DNA of 64,000 nt from Stegostoma tigrinum. Lineage: Eukaryota. Both the position numbers and the translations under genes were made by a program. Numbering within the stretch: the stretch's first letter is position 1; each line of letters begins with the position of its first letter. This document shows, one piece after another, positions 51,350 through 63,594 of this stretch. Where the stretch lies: positions 26,786,116 through 26,850,115 of the forward strand of contig NC_081363.1 of the NCBI RefSeq assembly GCF_030684315.1. Direction: 5' to 3'. The notes under the pieces were generated by a model. That model had not been told where the DNA came from and searched no databases. It saw nothing but the letters and a program-made list of their open reading frames with translations.

Positions 51350-52580
51350 GAACCAAAACAAAAGTTGGTGGAAAAGCTCTGCGAGCCTGGCAGCATCTGT
51401 TTTGGTGGGGGTGGGGGGGGTGCAGAAGGTGGAGGTAAATCAAAGATAATATTTTGCTTTGGTGATCCTTCCTCCGAACTGATGGTAGCTAGGAAACAGT
51501 CAATTTATATGCAGAAGATAAGGTGGGGGTGTGGAGATGAGGGGTAAATGATATGTGGGGGGAGAAGAGCAGATGGACATACAAAGGAGTGGATAACAAT
51601 CCGGCTAGGAGGGTGAATAGCTGCTGGTAGCTAACAGTGGGTGGTGTGTAATGGCAGACTGTCATAACAAGGCCTGGTGTTGGGGTATGGGGCTGGGACA
51701 TGGGAGAGTTCAGACTCTTAATTATTGAACTCGAAATTGAGTCCAGAGGGCTGCAGGGTCCCCAAGCGGAAAATGACATGTTGTTCTTCCAGCTTGTGCT
51801 GAGCTTTGCTGGAGCACTGCCAGGGACGGAGATGTTGGCCAGGCAACAGGGTGGTGCATTAAAGTGGCAGGCAATTGAAAGCTCTGTCTTTTTTGTGAGC
51901 AGAATGTAGATGTTCTGCGAAGTGGCCTCAGTCTACACTTTGTTTCCCCCGTGCAGAGGAGACCACACTGTGAGCAGCGAATGCAGTAGACAGTAAAGTG
52001 CTGCTTCACCTGGAAGATACATTTTGAGCCGTTGGATATTAGGGACCAAGAATGTAAATGGGCAGGTGTTACACCTTCAGTGATTTTGCAGGAGAAGGTG
52101 CTGTGGCGAGGTCTTGGGGGGTGAAGGAAGAGTGGGCCAGGGGATCCCGGAAGGAATGGTCTCTGGAAGCGGATGAGGGAGGGGAGGAGAGGGGAATATG
52201 TGCCTGGTCGTGGCATCTCACTAGAGCTGGTGGAAGTGGCACCTGATGATCTATTGGATGTGGATGCCGGTGGGATGGTAGGTAAGGACAAGGGGAACCC
52301 TATTGCTGATGTGGGAGGGAGGAGAGGGGGTGAGGGTGGAAGTGCTGGAGATGGATCAGACCCAGTGCTGGTGAATTCTTAGTTGTGAGGAAGAAGTGGG
52401 CATTTCAGAGACTCGCTTGTCAAAGTTGGCCTCATTGGAGCAATGCGACGGAGATGCAAGAACTGAGAATTGAATGGAGTCTTTACAGGAAGCTGTGTAT
52501 GAGGATGTGTATTCCAGGAAACTGGGAGTCAGTGGGTTTATAGAGCATGCTTAGTGGCCAGTCTACCTCCAGAAATGCCA
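51350..52580 (-). mobile_element. 5'-truncated older PLE (family B-related), linker + GIY-YIG + terminus
   Basis: ORF 51722-52291 contains VYCIRCSQCGLLCTGETKCRL; collinear with 1880-2770. Confidence 0.85.
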
Positions 52581-54249
52581 ACAGAACTAATGGCAACTAA
52601 CATGCTGTGATCTGGCGTTGGATGGGTCTGTGCAATATTGTCTCTTACAGAGAAGAGTAAGCCTTTCCACTGCACCTAGCAAAATTTCCCTCCATGTTTT
52701 TTTTCCTATATAGGCTTTCCTCAGCATCTATCTTTTCTTTCCTGTAATTTCATCGGCATTTGCTCACCACCAAGAGATCCAGTAATCATGAAGTTCATAA
52801 TAGACAGATCAGATGTCTTAACTTGACCTTTCTGCTACTCAGTACATTGTTCTTAGGTTACGTTTCTGCATCCATTCTGAACAGAGTGGAAAGTCTTTTG
52901 AAACTGAACACCCTCTTTTATTTCCCTCCCAACCCTGGGGTCACAGCTGGCAGATGAACACAACACTGCAGTCCTGCACAACGTAGGCCTGTGGCAGGAG
53001 TCCAGTAATGTATGCCATTTGGATGAAGTTAAGAGGGTAGGCTCACTGACAATTGTGGTCTTTCTAAACCGATACCCTGGTGAATGTTGGTAATGTGAGT
53101 GGTTTGTAATTGATGTAACCTTTCCTTTGCATGCGGACCAAACTGGAAGGTTCTTGAAGCTGTGTACAATGTTCACTGCTCAATACAATGCAATTAAAAT
53201 GCAACATATGACCAAGCATAAACTTCTCCAGAGAGAGACCCAGATTCCAGAAACAGAAGTACTCAGAAGGTCAGACAATAACTGTTCTGGGAGAAATGAG
53301 TTATTGATTAGTACCTTGCACCTTGCTTCCTTAGTGGGTTCAGTGGTTGAGATTGAGGTTTTGTAGGGGGTGGGTTGTAGGTGGCAACACCATCTTGCAT
53401 TGGTTGGCAGGCTGGCCTGTGGATGACTTTCCTATGCTGTGCCAATTGAAGTCCTGAAGTGGGCCATTGATGCCCGCTTTGAGGGCCTCACCTTAACATT
53501 GCCCATCGAGGAGACTCTCCACCTGGGGAGTAAGATCAGCAAACTGGTCTGTTTAACTCCTGGTTAAAATGGTTGGAAGGAATTCAATGCCTACTTTAAA
53601 GAACCTGGCACCAAGAGAGCACAACTCCATTAACAACCACCCACCTGTCCTTGCTGTCAACAAGCCCCTTGACCTGCTTCCTACCATCGTTCATTTACCA
53701 TTGCTTGGACCAAAGCCTCAAATTGAGGAAAGGGTGGGTCCTCTGCTGCTAGGAGCCACCACCCCCAGCTGGGATTACTGAATACTGAAGAACTGTAGGT
53801 CTTTGATTTGATCTCGCTGGGCACCTCTCAGGTCTTTGATCCCAAGGAAGACCCACTGATGGCCTGCTGTAAGTGCCTGAATGGCAGAAGAGGCACTGGG
53901 TGCCCCTTAATACTGGCAACATAGGGTTCCCATTCGCGGTCCCACAGGCAGCTAAGAAACCCCATTCTACATGATTCGGCCAGAAGTTTCAGGCCAGTGA
54001 CTTGTCGTCAGAGCTGGAAAAAGTTAGTGAGGAGTGATGTAAGGTGTTTGGAATGTGGGTCAGGTAGATGTCATAAGTTATGACATCCCTGAGTGGTTTG
54101 GGTTTACAATCCCAATCCAAGATCTGATACTCCAAGACCTCATATTCCGAGATCCACCTGGCCATTTCAATTGCTACAGATATGAGATTTTGAATTAAAT
54201 ACAGAGCAATAGGAAAATAAAAATCAAAGGTTTGGTGATTGGGTGGAGA

Positions 54250-54500
54250 ATAGAATCCTCGAATCCCTACGGTGCAGAAGTAGGCCCATTGAGGCTGCAC
54301 GACCCTCAGAGCATCCCAAACAGACAGCTGTGCTATCCCTGTAACCCCACGTTTTACCATGTCTAATCCACCTACTCTGCACTTCCCTGGGCACTACAGA
54401 CAATTTTTAGCATGGCCAGTCCACCTAACCTCCACATCTTTGGACTGTGGGAGGACACTGAAACACCCAGAGGAAACCCACACAGATCTGAGGAGAACGG
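54250..54500 (-). mobile_element. HE1-like SINE, 5'-truncated
   Basis: Antisense of the 22740-23000 type sequence (gacaatttttagcatggcc, ctttggactgtgggagg). Confidence 0.8.
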
Positions 54501-54554
54501 CCATTGTCACAACTCCGTTGGTAACTGTGCAGTGGAAAACAAGACCCACTTTTT

Positions 54555-55500
54555 TTTTTCTATGAATTTGTTGGATGTTGGCATTGCTGGCTGGCCAACA
54601 CTTCTTCGTGCCCATCTGTAGGTACCCTTGAGAAGGTGGAGGTGAGCTGCCGCCTTGAACTGCTGCAGCCCACCTGTGGGTTGACCCACAATGCTATTGA
54701 AGAGGAATTCTAGGATTTTTGACCCAGCGACAGTAAAGGAACAGCAGTATATTTCCAGGTGAGGACGGTGAGTGACTTGGAAGGGAACTTGGAGGTGGTG
54801 GTGTTCCCACGTGTTTGCCGCTCGTATCCTTCTAGATGGAAGTGGTTGTGGGTTTGGAAGGTGCTGTCTAAGGATCTTTGAATTTCTGCAGCATATCTTG
54901 TAGATAGTACGTATTGCTGCTATTGAGTGGTGGTGGAGGGAGTGAATGCTTGTGGATGTAGTGCTAATCAATCGGGCTGCTTTGTCCTCTGGCGCCATGC
55001 TTCTTGAGTGTTGGGCTGCAGTCATCCAGGCAAGTGGGGGGTATTCCATTACACTCCTGACTTGTGCATAAGGCAAGGTGGTGCACAGGCTTTTGAGGAA
55101 TCAGGAGGTGAGTTATTCGTCACTAGTATTCCTAGTTTCTGGCCTGCTCTTGTAGCCACTGTTAATGTGGTGAGTCCCAATTGAGTTTCTGGTCAATAAT
55201 AACCCCCAGGACGTTTGACAGTGGGGGATTCAGTGATGGTAACACTTGAATGTCAAGGGGTGGCAGGTTGTGTCTTATTGGCATGGTCATAGCCTGGCAT
55301 TTGTGTGGCGTGAATGTCACTTGCCACTTGTCAGCCCAAGCCTGGATATTGCCCAGATCTTGTTGCATTTGAACATGGACTGCTTCAGTATCTGAGGAGT
55401 CACAAATAGTGCTGAACATCGTGCAGTGATCACCAAACGTTCCCACTTCTGACATTTTTATGATAGAGGGAAGGTTACTGATGAAGCAGCTGAAGGCAGT
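54555..55500 (-). mobile_element. Second CR1-clade LINE family, RT C-terminus to 3' end
   Basis: FGDHCTMF (degenerate FADD), QQDLGNIQAWADKWQVTFTPHKCQ, AQVRSVMEY..LAWM. Confidence 0.85.
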
Positions 55501-56202
55501 GTGCTGATCGCTCTTTCTACTTGGAGCTGATGCAAAGTTTTAAATTTGTGTTGTTGTAGCTGATTTGAACTGAAGAAAAGTTTCAGCTGCCAACCTGCAA
55601 TTTGATTTGAATTTTTCAGCGTTAGGGTACCATCTTTCTCTGTCTGCTCATCTATAAGTGATGGTGGATCTAGATGATCGATTTAAGCCATGTGCCTTTT
55701 AACATACAACCACAAAATAATTGAGAAGTAGTCAAATGACGTCTCTATTGGGAAATATTGAATAAAATCCTGTAATTCCCTTGCTCATTGCCCAAAAAAT
55801 AGTTGTTTCTCTTAAATGATATTTATAGTGAATCTGAAGCACAGTGTAATTCCAAGAACGCAGGCTATTTTTAATTTTTGAATCATGTACACAGATGACT
55901 GACTAATGTGCATGCTGGAGGATGAGAATTTCCTTCTGTTCCACTATCTCTACCTCTCTGCCACCAAAATGCTTCAGCTTCAAGTGCCCATCAATTATCA
56001 CCATGGATTCTCTTTCTCAGAGCCTAATCATAAGGTTACGTGGAGAGTGGCGCGGCACAAAGTCTTTGTTTCTCAGTGGTACCTGGAGCTTCTATGTACA
56101 TCACTGACCAAGAATTTGCATTTCTAAAGCACCTTTTTTGAGCCTTGGGATCAATCCAATGACCTTTTCAAAGACTGATTTTTATCCTTTTTGAGGTGTA
56201 GC

Positions 56203-56362
56203 CAACACCATGCAGAGCTGGAAGAACACTGCAGGTCAGGCAGCATCAGAGGAGTGGGAAAGTCGATGTTTCGGGTGGGGACCCTTCATCAGGACAGCCT
56301 GCTGTGTTCCTCCAGCTTCACGCTGTGTTGACTCTGACTCCAGCATTGCAGTTCTTGCTATC
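56203..56362. mobile_element. Palindromic PLE mini-element; - strand hammerhead at 56262-56295; perfect 12-bp TSD
   Basis: Reverse complement gtcCTGATGAagggtccccacccGAAACATCgac. TSD ttgaggtgtagc at 56191-56202 and 56363-56374. Confidence 0.85.
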
Positions 56363-56409
56363 TTGAGGTGTAGCTGCTATTGGGACATAGGAATCTTCTC
56401 TGCACTGAA

Positions 56410-56830
56410 GTGACCTGGTGCCTGTCCACTAGCCACAAGGCCCAAGTCAGGAGTGTTATGGCATGCCCTTCTCTTGCCTGAATGGGTGCTCTTCCAATAA
56501 TACTCCAAACACCCAGGGAAAAGCAACCTTTTTTTGTTTGCTTTTCAGGCTCATCTGCCAGCATGTTGAACACCTGTGACTTCCACCGTCTAGATGGACA
56601 AGGGCTGCAGATTCAGGAGAACTCCACATTCTACATGTTTCCCACCATCTTGACTTGAAACTACATCCCTGTTCCTTCAGTGCCACAGGGTTACAGTCCT
56701 GGAACTCCCTTTCCAACCACACTAGAAGCGTCCCTACGCCACACGGGCTGCAGGGATTCGAGAGGGGACCCCGCCAGCACCTACTCCTGGACAATAAGTG
56801 CTCACCTAACCGGCAACGTCCAGATTCCTT
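56410..56830 (+). mobile_element. Second-family LINE 3' fragment
   Basis: caaggcccaagtcaggagtgttatg = KAQVRSVM. Confidence 0.7.
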
Positions 56831-57839
56831 AAATTTCTATAAAACATAAATGTTCTTTACTAAAGAGGTTTTTAGGGAGGGAGTTTTAATAAAGCTGATT
56901 GTGAGAGAGGCTAGGTTCCAACCGTTAGTGGAAAATAAATCATTATCTAATTTATTTCTTCAATACAAGTGGATGAACTGGAAGACCAGCCATTGTGTTT
57001 ACTTTTTTAAAAAAAACTATTTGTGTTCAGTACACTAAAGCATCTGTTTAAATAGTCATTAAAGAAATATCAGGAAGCATCTTGCAAAAGAACAGTAAAA
57101 CCGTTGTTTCCATGACGCACCAAGTCATGTGGTTCGAAGACACATGGGGTGGTGTATGATTCGGTCCTTTTAATTTGATTTGTATCAGCTTGGCAAAGAC
57201 AACATCAGGCAGGGATGCATTCCTTTGCTTTATGTCAAAAAATGCTTTATGTATGGTAAAACATTGTGCAGACATCCCACTGTCTGTGGCCAGGCATGAA
57301 AGTATTGGTGATTGGGTTATGACGTGAGCACGCCTTGCAGATGGTCCCTCCTCAGTGAAACAGTCAGTGATGCAGCGTCACATCAGCTGCAACTCACCTC
57401 TTTGTCAAGTTGGGCGAATCACTACCAGAGCCAACAAAAGCTTGTTTGGAGATTATAATAGTGCGTTTGAGATGTTGATGTGGGTGTATTGAAATATTCC
57501 AGTACGTCATAGAAGTTAAAGCACCTGCTGGGGTGGTTTATTAAAGCTTCCAGCTGATCAAATGTCATGCTAACTCCATTGCACAAGGTCTAAATAGAAA
57601 GACAATTTAACCTGTGAACTAATTTTTTTATGGTGCAATGTAGTACTTGTTCTTCACATTTTAATTGTTAGATTTCTCTGTCTCTTCCTTTTTATTTTTA
57701 ACATATAAGCTGACCTTTAACAGTTACAAAATGAATGAGTCGATGGTATGATTGCTCAATGTGCCATTGTCATTCTGTACTGAAGTGAATGCAATGCAGT
57801 AAGTGTGGTTAGAACTATATTGATAGCATAAGGGAATGG

Positions 57840-58630
57840 AACACCCACATCCAGCAACTTGGAACTATGCCGAGAGAGGAGGAGGAGGAGGAGGAATACC
57901 TCCTACAAGTGTTCAAGCATAATGGGTATCCAAAGAACTGGGTCAGGAGATGCCTACAGGAAGAGCATCAGAAAGATTCTACACGCCCCGACACACTCAT
58001 CACACTACCCTATAACAGGAACACATCAGAACTCACCAAGACTCCTATGACTGCTGGCATCAGAGTGGCACACAAGCCCATATCAACCCTACGACAACTG
58101 CTCACCCGAATTAAAGACCTACTCCACCATGGACAGGACCAAAGTCATCTACAAAATCCCCTGCAGAGACTGTGAGAAACACTACATTGGACAAACAGGA
58201 AGGAAACTAACAGCAAGAATGCATGAACACCACCAACTGGCTACAAAAAGACACGACCAATACTCACTCATATCAATCCACGTGGACAAGGTGAACCATG
58301 ACTTTGACTGGGACAACACCAAGATCCTGGGACAGGCTAGGCAGAGACAAGCACGATAACGCCTGGAAGCATGGCACTCCACATAGCATGCTATTAATAA
58401 ACACATTGAACTCAACCCCATATACATTCCACTATGGAGGAAACCCAGAAGTGAGGCAATCCCAGAGTTTAAAAACCCAGGTGGGAAAGCACACAGCTTC
58501 ATCAGAGGCTGCACTGAGCATGTTACCAAGCACGGTAACGAAACGTCTGCGGAACAACAAACCAGCTCGGCGAGTCAACCAGCCTCAACACTCTCAACCC
58601 GAGCTACAGATCTACTCCAGAACCTTAAAT
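57840..58630 (+). mobile_element. Penelope/Poseidon-type PLE 3' part (short linker + GIY-YIG)
   Basis: NGYPKNWV..ITLPY..GIRVAHKP..VIYKIPCRDCEKHYIGQTGRKLTARMHEH..FDWDNTKIL; no Cys-rich linker. Confidence 0.9.
58511..58550 (+). ncRNA. Minimal type I hammerhead of a different PLE clade (G8C variant)
   Basis: gca-CTGAGCA-t-gttacc-aagcac-ggtaac-GAAACGTC-tgc: stem I gca/tgc, 6-bp stem II. Confidence 0.8.
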
Positions 58631-59884
58631 TATTGAATTAGCTTTATTGCCATGTGCACTTGAATGAGTGCAGTAAAAAGTTTGCAATGGTGCCATCTTC
58701 TATACAAGATACCTAGGTACAGATGGTACAGAATTGAAAGAATAATAAATAAGACCCCAGCATGAGAAGGAGAAAGGGAAAGAAAGTACGCTATTTACAG
58801 CCCTGTCACCCTCCAGTCCATGCCAGCACGTAGCCTGCAGACCCTGCTGGGCCTCAAATATGGAGGCCTTGACTCCAGCCTGCAAGGGCCTCACCACCCC
58901 GCGCAAGCCTCCAGTCTGGACCTCTCCTGCTGGGGTCAACTTCTAAGTAGTCTGTAAACAAGTGGTCCATTACCTTCTCCTGAAAACCTCCTGCACTATT
59001 CACAAAATGCACTTTTAACGTGAGTGATCCTGTGGAATCAGATGCACCAACTACCCCCTTCACTGCTGTGATCGCAGCACATTACACCTCAAATGTCCCT
59101 TTCTGTAGATAGTAATTATACTATTGTGTATTTTGTCAATAGTATAAGATTGCTAAAGCTTTCTGCTAAAGTTAATTTCACAGAAACCTGTTGTACTTAG
59201 CAAGGGCAGAAACCTGTTCCCATCCTAGTTGCCTGCCATTTTAACTTGGACCTTCTCATAAGGAATCCTTTGTTAAAAATCCTGAAATTTCCAATGCAGC
59301 CCCATTCTGGGAGCATTATCCTCGGAGTGCAGTGCTTTAAGAAAACCAACCACCTTCTTTGGAAAGATGCCAACAGCAGTAAATAAACAATTTTATTGAA
59401 AGGCTCGATGCAGTAAAAGCTCTTGTAGTTAGATGTGTGGGGGCTGGAAGACCATTAACATGTCAAGTGAATATGTCAGGACATATAAATGTGAAAAAGA
59501 TTTGAATGCCTCTGAAAAATTTTTCTATTTGGCCACATGTGCTCTAACATTACAGTAAGTGATGTAGGGCTAGTCTGCAAAATTACTGAAATAAAAGTCT
59601 ACAATAACCCTTAACTGTTTAAAAGAAGTGATGCAAAATCATGGCTTAAGTGTCTAAACTAGAGATCTTAATTCTGAGTTAGAACTGTAATATATTTTCT
59701 AATTTGGAAGCTGGGAGTCGCAATTATGTAGCTGCAGAGAGAGCAAGATCTGTTTATTTTATGGTATGTTCTGTCAATACTTTAAACACTACACTTTTTT
59801 TAATTGTAATTTATGCATCAAGTTCCTGTACAGTAATAACTAGTGGCTGCAGCTTTGTGTGACCTTGGCCTTCACCTCTAGGAA

Positions 59885-60100
59885 CTGAGTGATAGAGGCT
59901 GGTACGATTGCCACATTTAAAAAGACATCTGGATGGATATATAAACAGGAAGGGGTTAGAGGGATATGGGCCAAATGCTGGCAAATGGGACGAGTTTTAT
60001 ATAGGATATCTGGCTGGCATGGACGAATTGGACGGAAGTCTCTGTTTCTGTGCTGTATCTCTCTGTTTCTGTGCTGTATTTCTCCTGTGACTCTACAGTA
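59885..60100 (+). mobile_element. CR1 3' end with a 21-bp tandem duplication (60039-60079)
   Basis: VIEAGTIATFKRHLD motif; tctctgtttctgtgctgtat occurs twice. Confidence 0.8.
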
Positions 60101-61949
60101 GTAGGTATTTAGTTGCTTGATTGGACTTTGGATTATCTTGTTTAATATACGTCACCAATGTCAGACAAAATTCCAGCAGCACTAGAAGTGTTGCAGAGGA
60201 TGGATTTTAGTGGTAAAACTTGCTGAAGGTTTACTTGGCATAAAATTATGGTGTTTCATTTCAATTGTGGAAAAAAATTGTTAAAGGATGAATTGCTGTT
60301 TCCACCACCACCACCGCCCCCCCCCCAACCCCAGCCAATGTTGAGAACAGTTATTTGCCTCTCTTTTAGAGAAAGACTAATCTGATTTGAAGTAAGCAGG
60401 ATAGCACCAGTAAAACCTGTTTCTTCCCATGCCTTGTTATAATATTTTCTCTTGCATTTTAATAAACATTTCCTATGTTAATTTAGAGAGCTTGTCACAT
60501 GTCCTTGTGTGCAGCTACAAGTGAGAAACAGTAATTAGCACTTTGAAAGTTAATTGTTTGGTTTTTCTTTTTCAAAATTTGAATTAGAATGTTATGAAAA
60601 AAATTAAATTGATTGCTTTAATGTTACCCTTGCAATTTGCTTTCTCTCTAGTTTGTTTTTGATTATTCTTTGTTCTGTCCCCACTCCCATATTGGAATGA
60701 AATTGTCTAAAGAAGTTTTTTTTTAAATTTATAAATGTCCTTTGAATCTTCTCCGCTGTAGCCATTGATTCATGTTGGAGTGTGTTTCCACACTGTCAAG
60801 GCACTCTTCAGTAGTTGGCGGCTACACTTCTCATGCGGTATCCTCTGGGGATAGTCTACTTTAAATTGTGGGATTTGTGGGGAGAAGGAGGAAGGTAGAC
60901 AGCCCCCACAGGAGTATCTGATTCCATCTTTACCCAGCATCCATGTGGGCATTTTTGTTTGAAAGGAATGAAATGATAATGGTCAAACTATTCAGGGACA
61001 GCTCCCTTCTGATTTGGTAGTATGCGGGTGCCGAGATCAGACATAAAACCTGTATGGCTTATTTCTGATAAGCACTTTAAATCACTGGTAATGTAATAAT
61101 AGTTGCTTTTTATTTCAGAGTTTCTGGAAAATTCCATTTGAGCATTCAAGGCCTGGAGATCCTGTAGTATAATTGCTGTAGAGATTTAGTAATTACTCAT
61201 ACGATGTATTGACAGGAAAAAAATTAAATTTAGTTTCCCTCCGCCTCCTCATATGAATCATAAAGACCCCATGATCTCATTCCAAAAACCGAAGAGAAGT
61301 TCTTCCTGGAGTTCTGGCCAGTATTTATTCCTTAACCAAAATCCCTCTTAATTCCAAAGAAATTACCTGATCTTGCATTTTTTTTGTTGTACAAACTTGA
61401 TGTTTGTAAATTGGGTGTTGTATTTCTGAGGTCAGGAAAAGATGTGAAACTATTCCTTGAGTCTTTCCCACTTCTGACAGATGTTGGGGATATTTGCTAT
61501 TTTAATGACATTGAGCGTGTTTTGGTGCTTTTTTGGATGTTGTTTTTGTCTTTGCTTTACAAACACCAGAATTCATTGCAGCTGCTGAAGCAATGAAATG
61601 TTGCAGTGTTCAAAATTTAATGATCATGATTTCTGTTTAGTTTTTAAAAGGACCATTTGGGAGCTTGGCTATTTAGTTTGGCCACAGTTTGGATTTAGTG
61701 GAAGTGTTTTCTGGCTAGTTTTACAGGTAGATTTGTATGTGCTAAATGTGTCCTTCTTGTTTAGCCAAGACTATCATGATCACACTCTTTTGTAAGAGCC
61801 CTGTGACTTACTTGGGACTTTTCAAAACATGAAGTCCTGTCAATGTAGCCTCATGACATCCACTCAAGTCATCTCCTGAGACAGTTCCTCGTGATCAAGG
61901 ATGACTTGCTTCTGATTTCAGTGGGCTAATCTGTCATCTCTAAATCCAA

Positions 61950-62490
61950 TGTGATAGAGTCAGAGATTCATACAGCATCCGTGTGGGCACTTTTTTATTA
62001 GTGATTTGATATGGTTCAAACCATTCATGGACAGCTCCCTCAGTCCAAGTAGTCCGTGCTAACTAAATTTCCCAAACTAAACTAGCCCTACTTGCCTGCG
62101 TTTTTGGCCCATATCCCCCAGTCCATTCCTATTCATGCATCTATCCAAATGTCTTTAAACTGTTGTAACTGTACCTGCCTCTACCACTTTGCCTGGCGGT
62201 TCATTCTACAAATGAACCACCCTCTGTGTGAGAAGAGTTGCCCCTCTGGTCCCTTCTAAATCTTTTTCCACTCACCTTCAAAAATATGTTTTGAACTCCC
62301 ACCACCCTAGGGAAAATAGCTTTTTTGCGATTCACCTTTTATCAATACCCCTTGTGATTTTGAAAAAAAAACCTAAAAAATTGCCCCTCAACCTCCTAGG
62401 CTACAGTGGGGAAAGGCCCCAGCCTGTCCTCGTATCTCAAACCCTCCAGTCTGAGCAACATCCAGGTAAATCTTTTCTGAACCATTTCTA
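61950..62490 (-). mobile_element. CR1 3' fragment
   Basis: Collinear with 23415-23945 and 41170-41480. Confidence 0.8.
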
Positions 62491-62599
62491 GATTCTGCTA
62501 CCATTTGAGAGGCTGGTTTGAGTTGATTTTTGGGTTTTGTGACCTCACTTGAGTCTTGGACCTTGCCCCAGCATGTATCCAACAACATCTCCGTTCTTG

Positions 62600-62822
62600 T
62601 GATTATTGAAACTGCAGATGCTGGAGAATCCAAGATAACAAAGTGTGAAGCTGGATGAACACAGCAGGCCAAGCAGCATCTCGGGAGCACAAAAGCTGAC
62701 GTTTCGGGCCGAGACCCTCCTTCAGAGCTCTGATGAAGGATCTAGGCCCGAAACGTCCGCTTTTGTGCTCCCGAGATGCTGCTTGGCCTGCTGTGTTCAT
62801 TCAGCTTCACACTTTGTTATCT
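62600..62822. mobile_element. Loop-less 190-bp palindromic PLE family A mini-element with back-to-back hammerheads, a one-sided 33-nt tail and a 16-bp TSD
   Basis: Arms 62633-62727 and 62728-62822 centred on GAGCTC. TSD aacatctcYgttcttg at 62584-62599 and 62823-62838. Confidence 0.93.
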
Positions 62823-63029
62823 AACATCTCTGTTCTTGATGCCTTATTGAATCAGACTTCTCCCAGGGCCATGCAAAAGTTGGTAGGAATGTTTGATCTC
62901 ATGCTTAAGGTACTGTTTTGAAGCTTTTCCATTGTCCTGCTTGAAGAGCATCCAGTTCTGAGGAGTGATGATAACCGATGACTTGTTCTGGTCTTCCCAT
63001 GTAAATGCAACAATTAAGAAGGCACAATG

Positions 63030-63545
63030 CCTTTTCCTCGGGCTGGTGAGGAAATTTGTCATGTCCATAAGGTCCCTCACCAACATCTACAGATGCACCA
63101 TTGAAAGCATACAGTCCAGGTGCATAACGGCCTAGTATGGCAACTGGTCTGTCCAGGACCGTATGAAACTACAGAAGGTTGTGTGCACAGACCAGACCGT
63201 CATAGAAGCCAACCTTCCGTAGACTCTATTTACATGGCTCACTGCCGCAGAAAGATGGCCAACATCATCAAAGACCCATCACACCTTGGGAATGATCTCC
63301 TAAAGCCTCTTTCTTCAGGCAGAAGATACAGAAGCCTGAACACATGCACATGCAGATTCTGGAATGGCTTCTCTTCAGTTGTTTTCACACTGTTGAATGG
63401 ACGCTAGCCTCAAATAATGTAACCTGTATTCCTCAAAATCTTTTTGATCTGTACATCCTTTACTAACTGTGATTTGCCAATGCTGCTTGTAAACAAAGCT
63501 TTTCATTCTGCTTTGGTACGCATGACAATAAATCAATCGATCGAC
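63030..63545 (+). mobile_element. Rex1/Babar-type LINE 3' end
   Basis: TNIYRCTIESI..CITA*YGN..KLQKVV and ANIIKDPSH..SGRRYRSL motifs; acaataaatcaatc tail. Confidence 0.8.
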
Positions 63546-63594
63546 CAAGCCTCCTGCTATGACTGATTTCGAGGTGTTTCAGTTTTGTTGGCAC

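Noticed and set aside
62600-62822. Classical DNA-transposon MITE or miRNA hairpin
   Set aside because: The arms are identical to PLE retroelement termini, the tail is one-sided, and TSD lengths vary among copies (9-16 bp), unlike fixed transposase TSDs.
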